This document shows positions 25,957 through 37,740 of a stretch of DNA of 64,000 nucleotides, piece after piece. The notes beneath the pieces were generated by a model, which saw only the letters and a list, made by a program, of their open reading frames with translations, had not been told where the DNA came from and ran no database searches. A program made the position numbers and the translations under genes. Location of the stretch: NCBI GenBank assembly GCA_964252035.1, contig OZ176200.1; one strand, 5' to 3'. The stretch is from Podarcis erhardii (lineage: Eukaryota). The stretch's first letter is position 1. Every line of letters starts with the position of its first letter.

Positions 25957-26999
25957 CAGTCCTTTTGCCAAAATCCTGCACAGGTGGAAGTAGGTTTCAC
26001 TGCAAAGCAAAAGATATTCAACACAGATAAGGTTACAAGACTTCTGTTTTAGGGTAATAAACGAGAGGACTTTGGTTGTGTTCACACATAACACTAGACC
26101 ATGGTTTCTTTTAACCATGGTCTGCTCAGCAAATCATGAGTTGTCTCACAGAGAAGCAAACAAGCTATGGCTTGTTCCACCAAGGCTTGTTTTGTTTTCC
26201 AGCTGCCCTTGCCTTGTGCTTTTGTAACTTGGCAAGCATTTAGTTAAACAAGACTGTTGAGTGCAGATAAAACACCAAATCATCATCCAATCACGCTAAG
26301 GTTCATAATCCAAAAATAAGGCACAGCTTCATATCATAGTTTGTGGACAGAAAATAAGCCATGGTGAGTCTGTTGGGCAGGTTCTGGACGATCAAACAAA
26401 CCACACTTGGGCTAGACAAACCATGGCTTAGAGTTGTGGGTTAACCAAGCCAACGCAAGAAGTCAAAGAGAGGGATTAGATTTATCACTTTGGACATTAA
26501 TTGGCTTCCCACAGACACAGAAAATACAAACAACTAAGCGTCTATCCGAGTTTTAGGTACGAAAATCCAGCAAAGTGCTGTGCTTTCTTCTCGGCCTCTA
26601 GGACTTGCAAGTATGTTGATGGGAAACAATGTTAGCAGGCACAGAAGGTGAAGAACAGATTGCAAAAGCATGGTGTAAAGAACAAAGTGGGAAAGAGCTA
26701 GGCTTGCTAAAATATGCAAGAACCATGCAAACAAAAGCCATTTTAAAAATAGCATAAATATAAACACTAGCACTTTGTCTTAATATGCTTCAGAAACTGT
26801 TCTGGCAACGGGCAGGAACCCAAGGCTCAGCCGCTGAAAAGCATTTGCAACATGGCTTTTCTATGCAGTTGGATATCAATGGGCATTAAGTCAAAGCTTC
26901 TGCCAAGGGCAATGCATTTTCCAGCATCAACACCAGAGAAGAGCCCATGTTGGTTAGTGGATCTTCAAGTACAAAAGCCGCAATCCTAAACAGACTTAA

Positions 27000-27339
27000 A
27001 AGGTAAAGGGACCCCTGACCATTAGGTCCAGTCATGGCCGACTCTGGGGTTGCAGCACTCATCTCGCTTTATTGGCCAAGGGAGCCGGCGTACAGCTTCC
27101 GGGTCATGTGGCCAGCATGACTAAGCCACTTCTGGCGAACCAGAGCAGCACACAGAAACGCCATTTACCTTCCTGCCAGAGTGGTACCTATTTATCTACT
27201 TGCACTTTGACGTGCTTTTGAACTGCTACGTGGGCAGGAGCTGGGACCGAGCAATGGGAGCTCACCCCGTCGCGGGGATTCGAACTGCCAACCTTCTGCT
27301 CGGCAAGTCCTAGGCTCTGTGGTTTAACCCACAGCACCT
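27000..27339 (-). mobile_element. Sauria SINE
   Basis: Same consensus. Short TSD GACTTAA at 26993-26999 and 27340-27346. Confidence 0.92.
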
Positions 27340-28658
27340 GACTTAATTACAAGTAAATCCATAATAATAATAATAATAAACCATTAACGTAACTAACCAT
27401 AACAACATAAATACGATTGAGGAACTGTACCTACAAACTCTTACTAATGGCATGGTTTTATCATCATCAGAGATACTGCACCATTAACAGCACAAACGTC
27501 TTCTTGCTGTTAAATTATGGATCTGGATGGGTTTAACTAGCAATCATGTTCCAGGTAGAAGAAAGATCACACCCACCCTAATTCCCGTGACATGCATGCT
27601 ATTTTATTATATTTATTAGAAGACCTGTCATTTTGGGGAAACAATGGCGCTGCTGAAATCTTCAGTTTTTAAATTGGAATGTCTGTATAGCTGCACAGCA
27701 TGTACATCCTTCCAAATGTTTGCAGTCCTTAGCTGCTTGAAAGAGGAGTAGAGGTGACTGTGAAGTCAAATATCACATTAGTGATACAAAGTGTCATGAA
27801 GCGTTTAGACCACAAAACCTTTGAAAGTAATATGTTGTTATGTAAAGATTGGGCACTCACCTTTGGATTATGCAAGCTCTATTTTTGCAGATACATAATG
27901 CTAAAATTAGAACACCATGGCATACACACTACCCATTATGTTAGGGCTGCCATATTTCTAAAAGTAAAAACCAGACTTAGGGTTGCCATATCTCCAGAAG
28001 TGAAAATCAGGACAGAGTTGTTGAGCTTTCGGGGGCATATTTGGGACATTTTTGGCTCAATTTTACCCCCGGACATTGGCCCGATTTCAGAAATGATCCA
28101 GGATGCCATTTCCAGGGGCAAATTCCAGAACACGTCCTGGAAAATCAAGATATATGGCAGCCGTACATTATGTTGAAACACCTGCCCATTTGTAATAGCA
28201 GTTTTCACAATTCTAATAACAGTTGCACATTAAGATATGCTGGACTGAGCAACAGGTAGTATGTACATTACACTTAAGTACACTTTAGAATCAAATGCAA
28301 AGGACAAACTCTGCTGATATTGAAAGAAGAATGGTGAATTATCAAGGCAAACTGAGATTTTACTTTGTGGACAGCATTAGCAAATAATTACACTATTTAT
28401 AGAAGGTCTTCATATGTTTTTGAATGCATTTTTAAAGCTGACATTTTATTCCATTGAGCATTCAGTCATCACATTACAACAGATGCACACTTATTTCAGA
28501 GCAGGAGGTGGACAAAATAATTATAATCCAACATGGGAGTGGAATTAAAAAATACAGGGATGGAATTCAAGGATCACAGAGGGGAAATCCTCTCATCTTC
28601 ATGAATGTCCTACAGAGTAAGACAGTGTTTGATCAGATCTTAGCTTAATGTTGAGATA

Positions 28659-28884
28659 CAGTGGTACCTCGGGTTACATACGCTTCTGGTTACACTCTCC
28701 ACTAATCCAGAAATAGTACCTTGGGTTAAGAACTTTGCTTCAGGATAAGAACAGAAATCGTGTTCCAGTGGTGCGGTGGCAGCGGGAGGCCCCATTAGCT
28801 AAAGTGATGCTTCTGGTTAAGAACAGTTTCAGGTTAAGTACAGACCTCCGGAACGAATTAAGTTCTTAACCCAAGGTACCACTG
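28659..28884. mobile_element. Tc1/mariner-type MITE (CAGTGGTACC family)
   Basis: Highly similar to 15686-15927. TA on the left, CA on the right. Confidence 0.9.
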
Positions 28885-30553
28885 CACACACTACCACCAT
28901 GTTCCTGCCAAGCAAACAAAGTCTATACTTTCCCATTTTGTCTGAACTGGGAAACAATGGTTAGCAATTCTGGAGCAAGCCATGATATTAAACCAACTTC
29001 AAATGAATAAATTGTGAATTAATATCCTGGGTTGTTTTCAAAGCTGTTAATCATCGTTTCCCATTTCTGACCAAATGGAAAACTATAGCTTATGGAAAAC
29101 TTCCATAAGCAAAAGGGATGTGCATGCCGAGAAAAACGCTGTGATTTTCTGAACTTTCCCTGAGTGCCCAGGGCACAAGAGGCAGCCCTTGAAAAGAGCT
29201 TCAGCTTGTAATGTCACACACTTCCTTTAGCTTACATAAGGGAAGGATAGTTTATTTATCCGTGCCTCCAAATCCTAGTAGTGCATAGACTCAGAAAACA
29301 TGCTGGATTATTACTTGTTATTATGACTAATGTATACAAAGGTATACAAACTCTTGTTTTGCTCCACAGGGCAGCCATTTTGTGCTGGCACCCACATCAC
29401 TTGAGTACTGGCACCCCAGTAAAGCAAAAAAAAAAAAAAAACAAGCCTGAATGTATATATTATGAAAAGTGACGGGGTGGGGGTCCAGTTGTTTGTAATT
29501 AGTCATGCTTTGTTTTATTCAATAATAACAATTTTTAAAAGTGCAAAGGAAAAAGGGGAAGCAAGATGCACACACCGTTTTAAAAAAAGTTATAGGAGAA
29601 CCCTTGCATGTGGTTTACAAGCCAGAGATGGGGATCAGCCATTATTTTTTTATCCCTGAATCCTAGGTATGCATCATGATAGTTAAACTTCAGGGAGTGA
29701 CTGTCTTGGATCCAAATCTACAAGCTACAACAGCCAGCCTAAATCTCACATTTCTTGTTTTAGGTTCTCTCCCCCACACCCCATCCTGCCTTATGAAGAG
29801 ATCTGGAGGATTCAAAGCTTGCCACAATTTTGTGACATTCTAGTTGGTCCTTGACCTTGCAGACATGTTAACGGAACTACATTCTGAATTGCTGCAGACC
29901 CAGGCATTAAAAGAAAAAAAGAAAGTAAACTGTTCCTGGCAACCCTGAGGTCACTGGGTGGAATAATGTTCTCAACTGGGACTGCTTTTAGATGTTTCTA
30001 ACAGTAATCATCTTTAGAATGTTTAAACTGTTTTAGAACACTTTTGTTTTCTTTCAGTTTTAAACTGCAAATCTGTTTGCCATGGTGAGCTCCTACGAAA
30101 GGAAAGGTAGGATATAAATTGAATGGATAATAATAATAATAATAATAATACTGTAATTAGTAAGAGAAGCTGTAGGTGAATGTCCTTTGCTCTACAGGCT
30201 TTGCAGATAACACAGCTGGAAAATGCTATCTGGTGACATATAACCATCAGATATTACTTGGGTGGGTGAATATCTTTTTCCGCCCAAGGGCCACATTCTC
30301 CTCTGGTGACCCTTCCAGGGGCCACATGCCAGTGATAGCAGGGTCAGAAGCAAATGTGGGCAGCACAAAGCTTTTTGTCCTTAGTTCAGCAGGCTAATTT
30401 CTATACACCCCACACAGCCGTCTCTACCCATGCAAGAGGCAGAGATCAAAGCCACATTCTGGCCAGGGGGACAACTCAAGGAAAACATGAAGCAGGGCCA
30501 GGGAGGGGCATTCACTTTTCATCTTTGAGTCAAGTTCCTATATAATATTAGGA

Positions 30554-30897
30554 TGAAAGGGACCCCTGACCATTAAGTCCAGTCGTAGCCGACTCTGGGG
30601 TTGCGGCGCTCATCTCAATTTATTGGCCAAGGGAGCCGGCATACAGCTTCCGGGTCATGTGGTCAGCATGACTAAGCTGTTTCTGGTGAACCAGAGCAGC
30701 ACACGGAAACACCGTTTACCTTCCCGCCAGAGCGGTACCTATTTATCTACTTGCACTGTGCGCTTTCGAACTGCTAGGTTGGCAGAAGCTGGGGCAGAGC
30801 AACGGGAGCTCACCCCGTTGCGGGGATTCGAACCGCCAACCTTCTGATCAGCAAGTCCTAGGCTCTGTGGTTTAGCCCACAGCGCCACCCGCGTCCC
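30554..30897 (-). mobile_element. Sauria SINE
   Basis: Full head GGGACGCGGGTGGCGC and GGTTCGAATCC B-box. 10-bp TSD AATATTAGGA at 30544-30553 and 30898-30907. Confidence 0.95.
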
Positions 30898-30983
30898 AAT
30901 ATTAGGACAGGTCCCACCAAAACCTATAATCTACTTTCCTGACTTATATGTGCAAGAACAACAACAGAAAGAGAATGTATGAT

Positions 30984-31096
30984 GGATCAGTTGGTAGAGC
31001 AAGTGACTCAATCTCAGGACTGTGAGTTTGAACCCCAAAAGATTCCTGCATTGCAGAGGGCTGGATGGTCGCTTCCAGTTCTATGATTCTATGATT
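30984..31096 (+). mobile_element. Degenerate tRNA-derived SINE with CR1-like (TTCTATGA)n tail
   Basis: TCAGTTGGTAGAGCA..AATCTCAGG..GTTTGAACCCC head. Tail TTCTATGATTCTATGATT. Confidence 0.65.
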
Positions 31097-31129
31097 TTGC
31101 AGACAAAACAACCTGTCGCCCTTTGATTT

Positions 31130-31990
31130 CTATATGCCTCCCCTCGTCCCCGCCGATCACCACCTACGCAAGAATTGGTAACACTTTTCAAAGTGTCAAC
31201 CGCACCAGAGGCGGCAGCTCACATCTAAGTTTTCATTTCATTTCTTGCTGGCTCCTGCTAACTTAATAGGTGCACAAAGGAAAGTTTAGCAAGGAAACTG
31301 TTCAGTCACCACACCACCGTGCAAGGGAGGGAAAAACTTCACCTGCTGAACTTCCGCCTGCCGTGCAGCTCTTGTCATGCAGCTGCTAAAAAGAGACAGG
31401 AAAGCTCCTTCGGTGGTCAAGAGGTGGGCGTGGGCTGTGTACAGGCTGCACAGAAGGCGAGGCGAGGGACTCATTAGTTTTGCAAGGAAACTTATTTAAA
31501 GTTTGTCCCATAGGCAGCTTCAGAAGGTGCCTTGCACCGAGTCGGAACACTGGTCCACCATGCTAGCTGAGTATTGTGTACCTCGACTAGCAGCGAATCC
31601 CGGGCTTTCAGACGGGGCTCCCGCCTGCCTGGCAATGAACCTTGGACCTTTTGCATGCAAAGCAAATATTTTACTGCTGAGCTATGGCCGTTTCCCTAAG
31701 AAGCTAGTAACTGCTAGTCCCTGCAATGCCAATGCTTCTTGCTGGAGAGGAGAAAAGGAAAAGCCCTTTGCAGGGGGGCTGGGTTCCTCCTCCTCCTCCC
31801 GTTTCTCCCCCCGAGGCAGAAACCGGCCGATCACCTTGTCGGAAATGCACGCAGGCCCGAGTCAGTCCTTTGCGATCCGGATCGCCAAGAAATCGCGCGA
31901 AGGGCAACTAGCCCTCCGGAGGAGACCTTCCCAGCGTGTGCCTAGCCTGCCTCTTAAAAGGGTAATGCAGGGAAACGCGGGCGCACTTAA
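31130..31990 (-). promoter_or_regulatory. CpG-rich island, probable PTGR2 promoter with candidate non-coding exon 1 ending at 31343
   Basis: Clear local CpG enrichment. Minus-strand donor CAG|GTGAAG at 31343/31342. It is the nearest island upstream of PTGR2 exon 2. The TSS is not determinable from sequence. Confidence 0.5.
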
Positions 31991-32308
31991 AAAGGGCAAG
32001 CCTTCCCACTTAGGTATGGTTGCTCCATGCATAAAGAGCAGTCGAAAATGCAGCCATGCCTTGCTTTGGAGCAGAGGCACTTTCGTGTTTGTTCTTCTGC
32101 TTTTAAAATGGCAGTGCTATGTAAGCTTATTTGAGAGTAAGCTCCATGTATCAGGGTGGGATTTGATTCCCAAATCGGCATGCCTATAATCGGGGAAGAA
32201 GAGAGGTGCAGCCTGTTTGAATGACAGGTCTTCTGACCTGGGAACTTTGAGCTCTGGGACGTGTAATAGGAGGGTGTCGTTGAGACCAACAACACTCAGT
32301 ATACAGTA

Positions 32309-32519
32309 ATAGATAGGTAGCCGTGTTGGTCTGCCATAGTCAAAACAAAATAAAAAAATTCCTTCCAGTAGCACCTTAAAGACCAACTAAGTTAGTTCTT
32401 GGTATGAGCTTTCTGAAGAAGGTATCTGAAGAAGTGTGCATGCACACGAAAGCTCATACCTAGAACTGACTTAGTTGGTCTTTAAGGTGCTACTGGAAGG
32501 AATTTTTTTATTTTGTTTT
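32309..32519. mobile_element. Penelope-like element-derived inverted-repeat insertion
   Basis: About 72-bp inverted arms (32342-32413 and 32448-32519). 12-bp TSD CAGTATACAGTA at 32297-32308 and 32520-32531. Contains the hammerhead motif. Family assignment comes from recall of squamate PLE ends and the ribozyme. Confidence 0.7.
32421..32460 (+). ncRNA. Minimal type I hammerhead ribozyme motif (Penelope-type)
   Basis: GGTAT-CTGAAGA-A-GTGTG catg CACAC-GAA-AGCT-C-ATACC. This gives stem I, the CUGAnGA core, stem II, GAA, a palindromic loopless stem III and a CUC cleavage triplet. Confidence 0.75.
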
Positions 32520-32575
32520 CAGTATACAGTACTTTGAATCCATGCTCACTGTATTAATTTGATGTATGAATAGGC

Positions 32576-32969
32576 ACTGGACCATAAAGAAGGCTGATCG
32601 CTGAATAATTGATGCTTTTGAATTATGGTGCTGGAGGAGACTCTTAGAGTCCCATGGACTGCAAGAAAATCAAACCTCTCCATTCTTAAGGAAATCAGCC
32701 CTGAGTGCTCACTGGAAGGACAGATCCTGAAGCTGAGGCTCCAATACTTTGGCCACCTCATGAGAAGAGAAGACTCCCTGGAAAAGACCTTGATGTTGGG
32801 AAAGATGGAGGGCACCAGGAGAAGGGGACGACAGAGGACAAGATGGTTGGACGGTGTTCTCGAAGCTACAAACATGAGTCTGACCAAACTGCAGGAGGCA
32901 GTGGAAGACAGGAGTGCCTGGTGTGCTCTGGTCCATGGGGTCACGAAGAGTCGGACACGACTAAACGAC
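32576..32969 (+). mobile_element. BovB (RTE clade) LINE, 5'-truncated 3' end
   Basis: LRVPWTARKSNLSILKEISPECSLEGQILKLRLQYFGHLMRREDSLEKTLMLGK...RWLDGV...VHGVTKSRTRLND is the classic BovB C-terminus. 10-bp TSD ATGAATAGGC at 32566-32575 and 32970-32979. Confidence 0.95.
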
Positions 32970-33165
32970 ATGAATAGGCCTGGATTTTTATTTTTTTGCT
33001 CCAACTGCTGCATGCATTTTTCTCTCTGCTTCTTCATAATATTAATTTGGGGTGGTGCTGTGGCTGTGAAACGCTAGAAGCTCAGAATATTTTTCGCAGC
33101 CACAGAATCAGAAATTGCAGGGTTGGAAGGGCTTATGTGATAATAAATTTGTTAGTCTTTAGATG

Positions 33166-33301
33166 TCCAGTGGATAGCTCAGTTGGTTAGAGCATGGTGC
33201 TGATAATGCCAAGGTTGCAGTTCCCATATGGGACAGCTGCATATTCCTGCATTGCAGGGGGTTGGACTAGATGATCCTCATGGCCCCTTCTAGCTCCATG
33301 A
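33166..33301 (+). mobile_element. tRNA(Ile)-derived SINE with CR1-like tail
   Basis: TAGCTCAGTTGGTTAGAGCATGGTGCTGATAATGCCAAGG head with the T-arm deleted, followed by CCTGCATTGCAGGGGGTTGGACTAGATGA. Confidence 0.75.
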
Positions 33302-33658
33302 TACAACGATACTTATTTTGTGTTACTTTTTTTGGGAAAAGGAGGCCTTATTTTGGGAATTGCATCAGAGTTGCCAACCACCTTAATCCAGTCTTGGTCA
33401 GAAATTGGCTGGACATGGCACACGCAGTACATATTTGCAGATTGGTCGTGTTTAGTATCAGAACAGCAGAAGCAAACCCCACTTTATCCCTTTAATCATG
33501 ATAGTGATTTAAAATAAAAATCATAGCTGGTAAATAGTGGTTTGTTTTCCTCCTCTTACATATATGGAATACGGAAGCAGTTTCAAAGCATGGAATAGCA
33601 GGAGAAGTGGTATGTTAATTGTGTGCTTCACAACTCAGCTAAAACACTTGACCATTAT

Positions 33659-34077
33659 GTATTTGCCCCAAAGTGAAAGGATGAAGAGAAACAAAGAATG
33701 GATACAGAAACTAATGGTGTATGCAGAAATGGCAAAACTCACCAGAAGAATAAGAAATAAAGACAACAAACTTTTTAGAAAGGAATGGAAATGGTTTATT
33801 GAGTATTTACAAACAATTTGTAAACAGATCGAGACATTTTACACATTTTATTGTAAAAACCTGCAGTTTTTGGGGTTGTTGTTTTTTTTGTGTGTGTGTG
33901 TATGGATAGATGATTAAAAGAATAAGTTAAGGCAAGTTGAAGTATGCAGGAAAAGATGAAAACAAATGTAAGGAACCGCAGAAAGAGGAGGAAAGGAGTC
34001 AAAGTTGAAAATATAAATTATGGTTAAATAATTGTTGTAATGTATATAAATGAAAACTACCATTTTTTAAAAAACAG
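33659..34077 (+). mobile_element. L1/Tx1-like LINE 3' fragment
   Basis: EWIQKLMVYAEMAKLTRRIRNKDNKLFRKEWKWFIEYL resembles the squamate L1 ORF2 end. 14-bp TSD CACTTGACCATTAT at 33645-33658 and 34078-34091. Confidence 0.8.
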
Positions 34078-35291
34078 CACTTGACCATTATAGCAGGGGT
34101 TTTGTGTGTATGTGTGTGTGTAAGAGTGTAAGACTATTAAGGTCACAGTCTAAAATTTCCCATCTGCACCATTGCCTTCAGCAGGGTTATTTCCCTGAAT
34201 TAAAAACAAAGGAGTTGGTACCACCAGCAGAGTATAAAGTTGCAGAAAGGAGTGGTGCTGACCTGTTCTCGGATTCTCAGCCTCACCTGTGTCTTTCTCA
34301 AATAGTTTTAACAGCTGTGACATTATCAAATTGTACAGCACTTTAATTTTCAGTCTGCTCCATCCCGACATTTTAGAGAGGTTATATGAGGATACAAATG
34401 CTAACTCCCAGAACAGACTATTCTGTGTTTCCAGAAACTGCTTTTTGTTTGTTAAACTGTTCTTGTTTATTTCAAAAATGGGAGGTATTACTTGAAGGTG
34501 GGGTGTACGTGTGGAATGAACAATGTTCATCCAAGACAATCATGAACTGGAAAATACACAAGCCTTGCAAATCATAGCAACAGGGAGGACAGCCTGGCAA
34601 CAACAGCTGCTGCAATGAAAAGAAAAGAAAAATCTGATGTTGGGTTTAAAGGGGGAAATGTAAAGCATGGAGAGACTGTCTGCAAGGGAGCTGTGCAAGA
34701 ATAAATGCTGGTAACATGATTTGTAGTAGGAAAGAAGGTATTCAGTTTCTCTTAATAATAAACAAAAATATATGTGTTAGTGTAAGTATAGCTATGCTGA
34801 GGTTATTTCACCAAGTTCCTTACCATAAGTGTATATTAAGTAATTGGGACTTCCAAGACAGGGTTAGAGTTGGAGGTCATCCAAACACTGAAGTTTAATG
34901 TGGATTTGAAGCTGCTCCCCATCCTTTCTTTTTCTTTCAGTATCCACACAATGTCATCGTCATCTTCATCCAAGAGGCACCCCACATTTCTGCCCACTAA
35001 AGGCAGATTTCCCCATCCCACAGATAATCCAGTAAAAGGAAGGAGCCAATAAAAACTGCATATGACTTGACTGTGGGTGCACTAATGTGCATTATGCAGG
35101 TTGGCCTTTTTTACATGCACGGTAAGATTTTACTGGGTGCCATCTGTTGCCACATCCCTATTTCCACGTTGTTTCCATCAGTCCAAAGGAAAGGATGCAG
35201 CCTGCCCTTTCCACTGGTTGCTGCTAAAGGCACATTGTGCATGGTGCTTAAAAGAAAAGCAACTCTTTTGTGCAGAACTGTCCTTGCACAA

Positions 35292-35614
35292 GGGTGGCGC
35301 TGTGGGTTAAATCACAGAGCCTAGGACTTGCTGATCAGAAGGTTGGCAATTTGACTCCCCGCAACGGGTTGAGCTCCCGTTGCTTGGTCCCTGCTTCCAC
35401 CCACCTAGCAGTTCGAAAGCACGTCAAAGTGCAAGTAGATAAATAGGTACCGCTCCGGCGGGAAGGTAAACGGCGTTTCCGCGCACTGCTCTGGTTCGCC
35501 AGAAGTGGCTTAGTCATGCTGGCCACATGACCCGGAAGCTGTACGCCAGCTCCCTCAGCCAATAAAGTGAGATGAGCGCTGCAGCCCCAGAGTCGGTCAC
35601 GACTGGACCTAATG
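35292..35614 (+). mobile_element. Sauria SINE (tail-less)
   Basis: GGGTGGCGCTGTGGGTTAAA ... AGAGTCGGTCACGACTGGACCTAATG. Confidence 0.92.
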
Positions 35615-35979
35615 CTGTTATATATAAAAAAAATGCTGTTATAGGAGGCAGCAGTCATGAGCCCTGCAGTGCTGTTGAGACTGGGGCTGGATTGGCTGGC
35701 TCCAGCAGAGGAAGGAGAAATGAGTAGGATGCTGAACTGGGGAAACTGGGTTGCAGGAGAGAGATGCTGGCTTTCCCCTCCTACCTTCCTGCAGAGTGGA
35801 GAGCCTCAATGGAGGCTGGGGAGGGCTTTGCTCTGCCAAGGGACTGCACATTTGAGAAGCAATGCACACACAATATTAACCGCAATCCACACCAACTATC
35901 CTTCCTAGTTCTTAAAGGCTATGGCCCTAGGCAGGCCAATGGGGATGACAGAACCACAGAGGAACGTCTATTGGAAGGT

Positions 35980-37407
35980 GATGACAGTACCAGGACAAAG
36001 TGGGTTGTCAGCACCGGGGCAAGGCAAGTAATTTGCGCCCCTAACCCCTAACCTGACGCCGCTGCCAGCTTCTTCTTGCTGCTGCCTGGGCACGCGCACA
36101 GCTTGTTGGTTCCGCGAGACATGGGGCTCTGCTACAGCCTGCGCCCGAGGCTCTTCGGCGACTCCGGAGGCGGCGAGCGCGCCCCCCAGATGTTGCGCCC
36201 AGTGCGGCCGGCCCCCCCTGCACCCCCCACGCTACGCCACTGCCAGGACCCCTCCCCCAAAAGCCATCAACAGGATTCCTGTTTCCACCATGTTCTTGCG
36301 AGCTTTCCAGGGGGCATTTGGCTGAAACCCCAGGGCTTTCTCCATTCTCTCCCTTTGCTTTTTACAAATGCGTGCAATAGGAATCTGAAGCTGCGTTTCG
36401 TTTTAACATGTCGTGGGTTCGAAACAAGCACCTCGCCCTGAAGCCTAAAGGGGTCCTGAGTCTCAGACGATACTTGGAGGAGGGGAGCAGCAGCAGCAGC
36501 AGCCCTCTCTGTGGCTGAGGCTGCACAGGGCGGTGAAGCAAGCAGAGGGAGGAGCTGCCTTTTAAAGGGCCTGCCCTGGCATCCACCCCTCGGCAACTTA
36601 CCGCGCTAGGAAGTGACGCCTTCCCACAATCCTAGCGAAAGGCACTCAAAAGTTGGGGTTTGGTTGCCTGCGGGATTCCCCCCCCCCCGCCGCCCCCGTT
36701 TCTTCTTGGGCTTCTTGTTGGCAGTGCATTCCTCTGCCCCGGACTTGACTCAGGACGGGACTTGTTGCAGCGATTCTCTGCGACTGAAGGTGAGCAAAAC
36801 TTTCGCGCTCGGTTTGGACGCTGGGTGTTTGTTTCCTTGTCCTTTGGTGCCTGGATTAATATAGTCTGGGGTGGTGTAGCAGGAGATCTCCTCGTTTTCT
36901 TGCTACTTCCAACCCGCTCCGCCTCCCACTTCCAAGAGAGAGAGAGAGATGCAAGTCGATTATTGGGTTTGGCTCGGGTAGATGTGAAGTGGAGCAGACA
37001 GAATGGAGATCCGGAGTTTTTCTGGGATGGCGGAGAAAACGGCTTGGCGTTGCTCGGGCACAAGTGACAGCAGCTGCAGCAGCAGCCGACTGAACTTTGT
37101 GTGTGTGTGTGTGTGTGTGTGTGGAGTTGGGGGGAGGATCTGAAGGCCACCCTCTTCGGACTAACTCGGTTCTGTCGCTTCTCCTCTCCGGAACCTGCGA
37201 GCGTCTCCCTTTGCTCTGCAAAAGAGGCTTTTAGCGAGTTTCGTCTCGGATCAAATCCGCCCGTGCATTTAAAAAACAACAACAATCCACGTTTTGCACT
37301 TTTGTTCGTTTGTTTACTCCCGCGCTAGTGGCTCAAGTTTATTCCGCAGACAAAAGAGTCCTGTTGGACGAGCCCTTGCTGCTGACTTCGCACCGGGGGT
37401 GGGGGGG

Positions 37408-37449
<42 letters not shown>

Positions 37450-37588
37450 AAGTGGCTCTTCCAAATATGGGACGAGCCTGTGCTGAGGAAACAGAAGCAG
37501 CCTTGCCCGCCTCCTTGCAACAAATGATGACGTCTCATCAGGCTGCAAAGGATCTTTTGGGATTTAAACGAGTTTTCCCCACCCGTCG
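35980..37588 (+). promoter_or_regulatory. CpG island/promoter with candidate + strand non-coding first exon (about 36620-36789) of the divergent gene, probably MIDEAS/ELMSAN1
   Basis: High CpG/GC content. ETS-CRE-like GGAAGTGACG at 36609-36618. Donor AAG|GTGAGC at 36789/36790. Gene identity rests only on human PTGR2-MIDEAS head-to-head synteny. Confidence 0.5.
37410..37446. repeat. (GA)n microsatellite; a (GT)n tract also lies at about 37098-37123
   Basis: Direct reading. Confidence 0.95.
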
Positions 37589-37740
37589 NNNNNNNNNNNN
37601 NNNNNNNNNNNNNNNNNNNNNNNNNNNNNNNNNNNNNNNNNNNNNNNNNNNNNNNNNNNNNNNNNNNNNNNNNNNNNNNNNNNNNNNNNNNNNNNNNNNN
37701 NNNNNNNNNNNNNNNNNNNNNNNNNNNNNNNNNNNNNNNN
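37589..37740. other. Assembly gap (152 N)
   Basis: Run of N. Confidence 1.

Noticed and set aside
32546-33037. 163-aa minus-strand ORF
   Set aside because: It is the antisense frame of the BovB fragment.
33170-33240. Possible tRNA-Ile gene
   Set aside because: The T-arm (GGTTCGA) is deleted and the sequence runs into a CR1-like tail, so it is a SINE head.
36038-36053. Telomere-like CCCTAA units
   Set aside because: Only two imperfect units.
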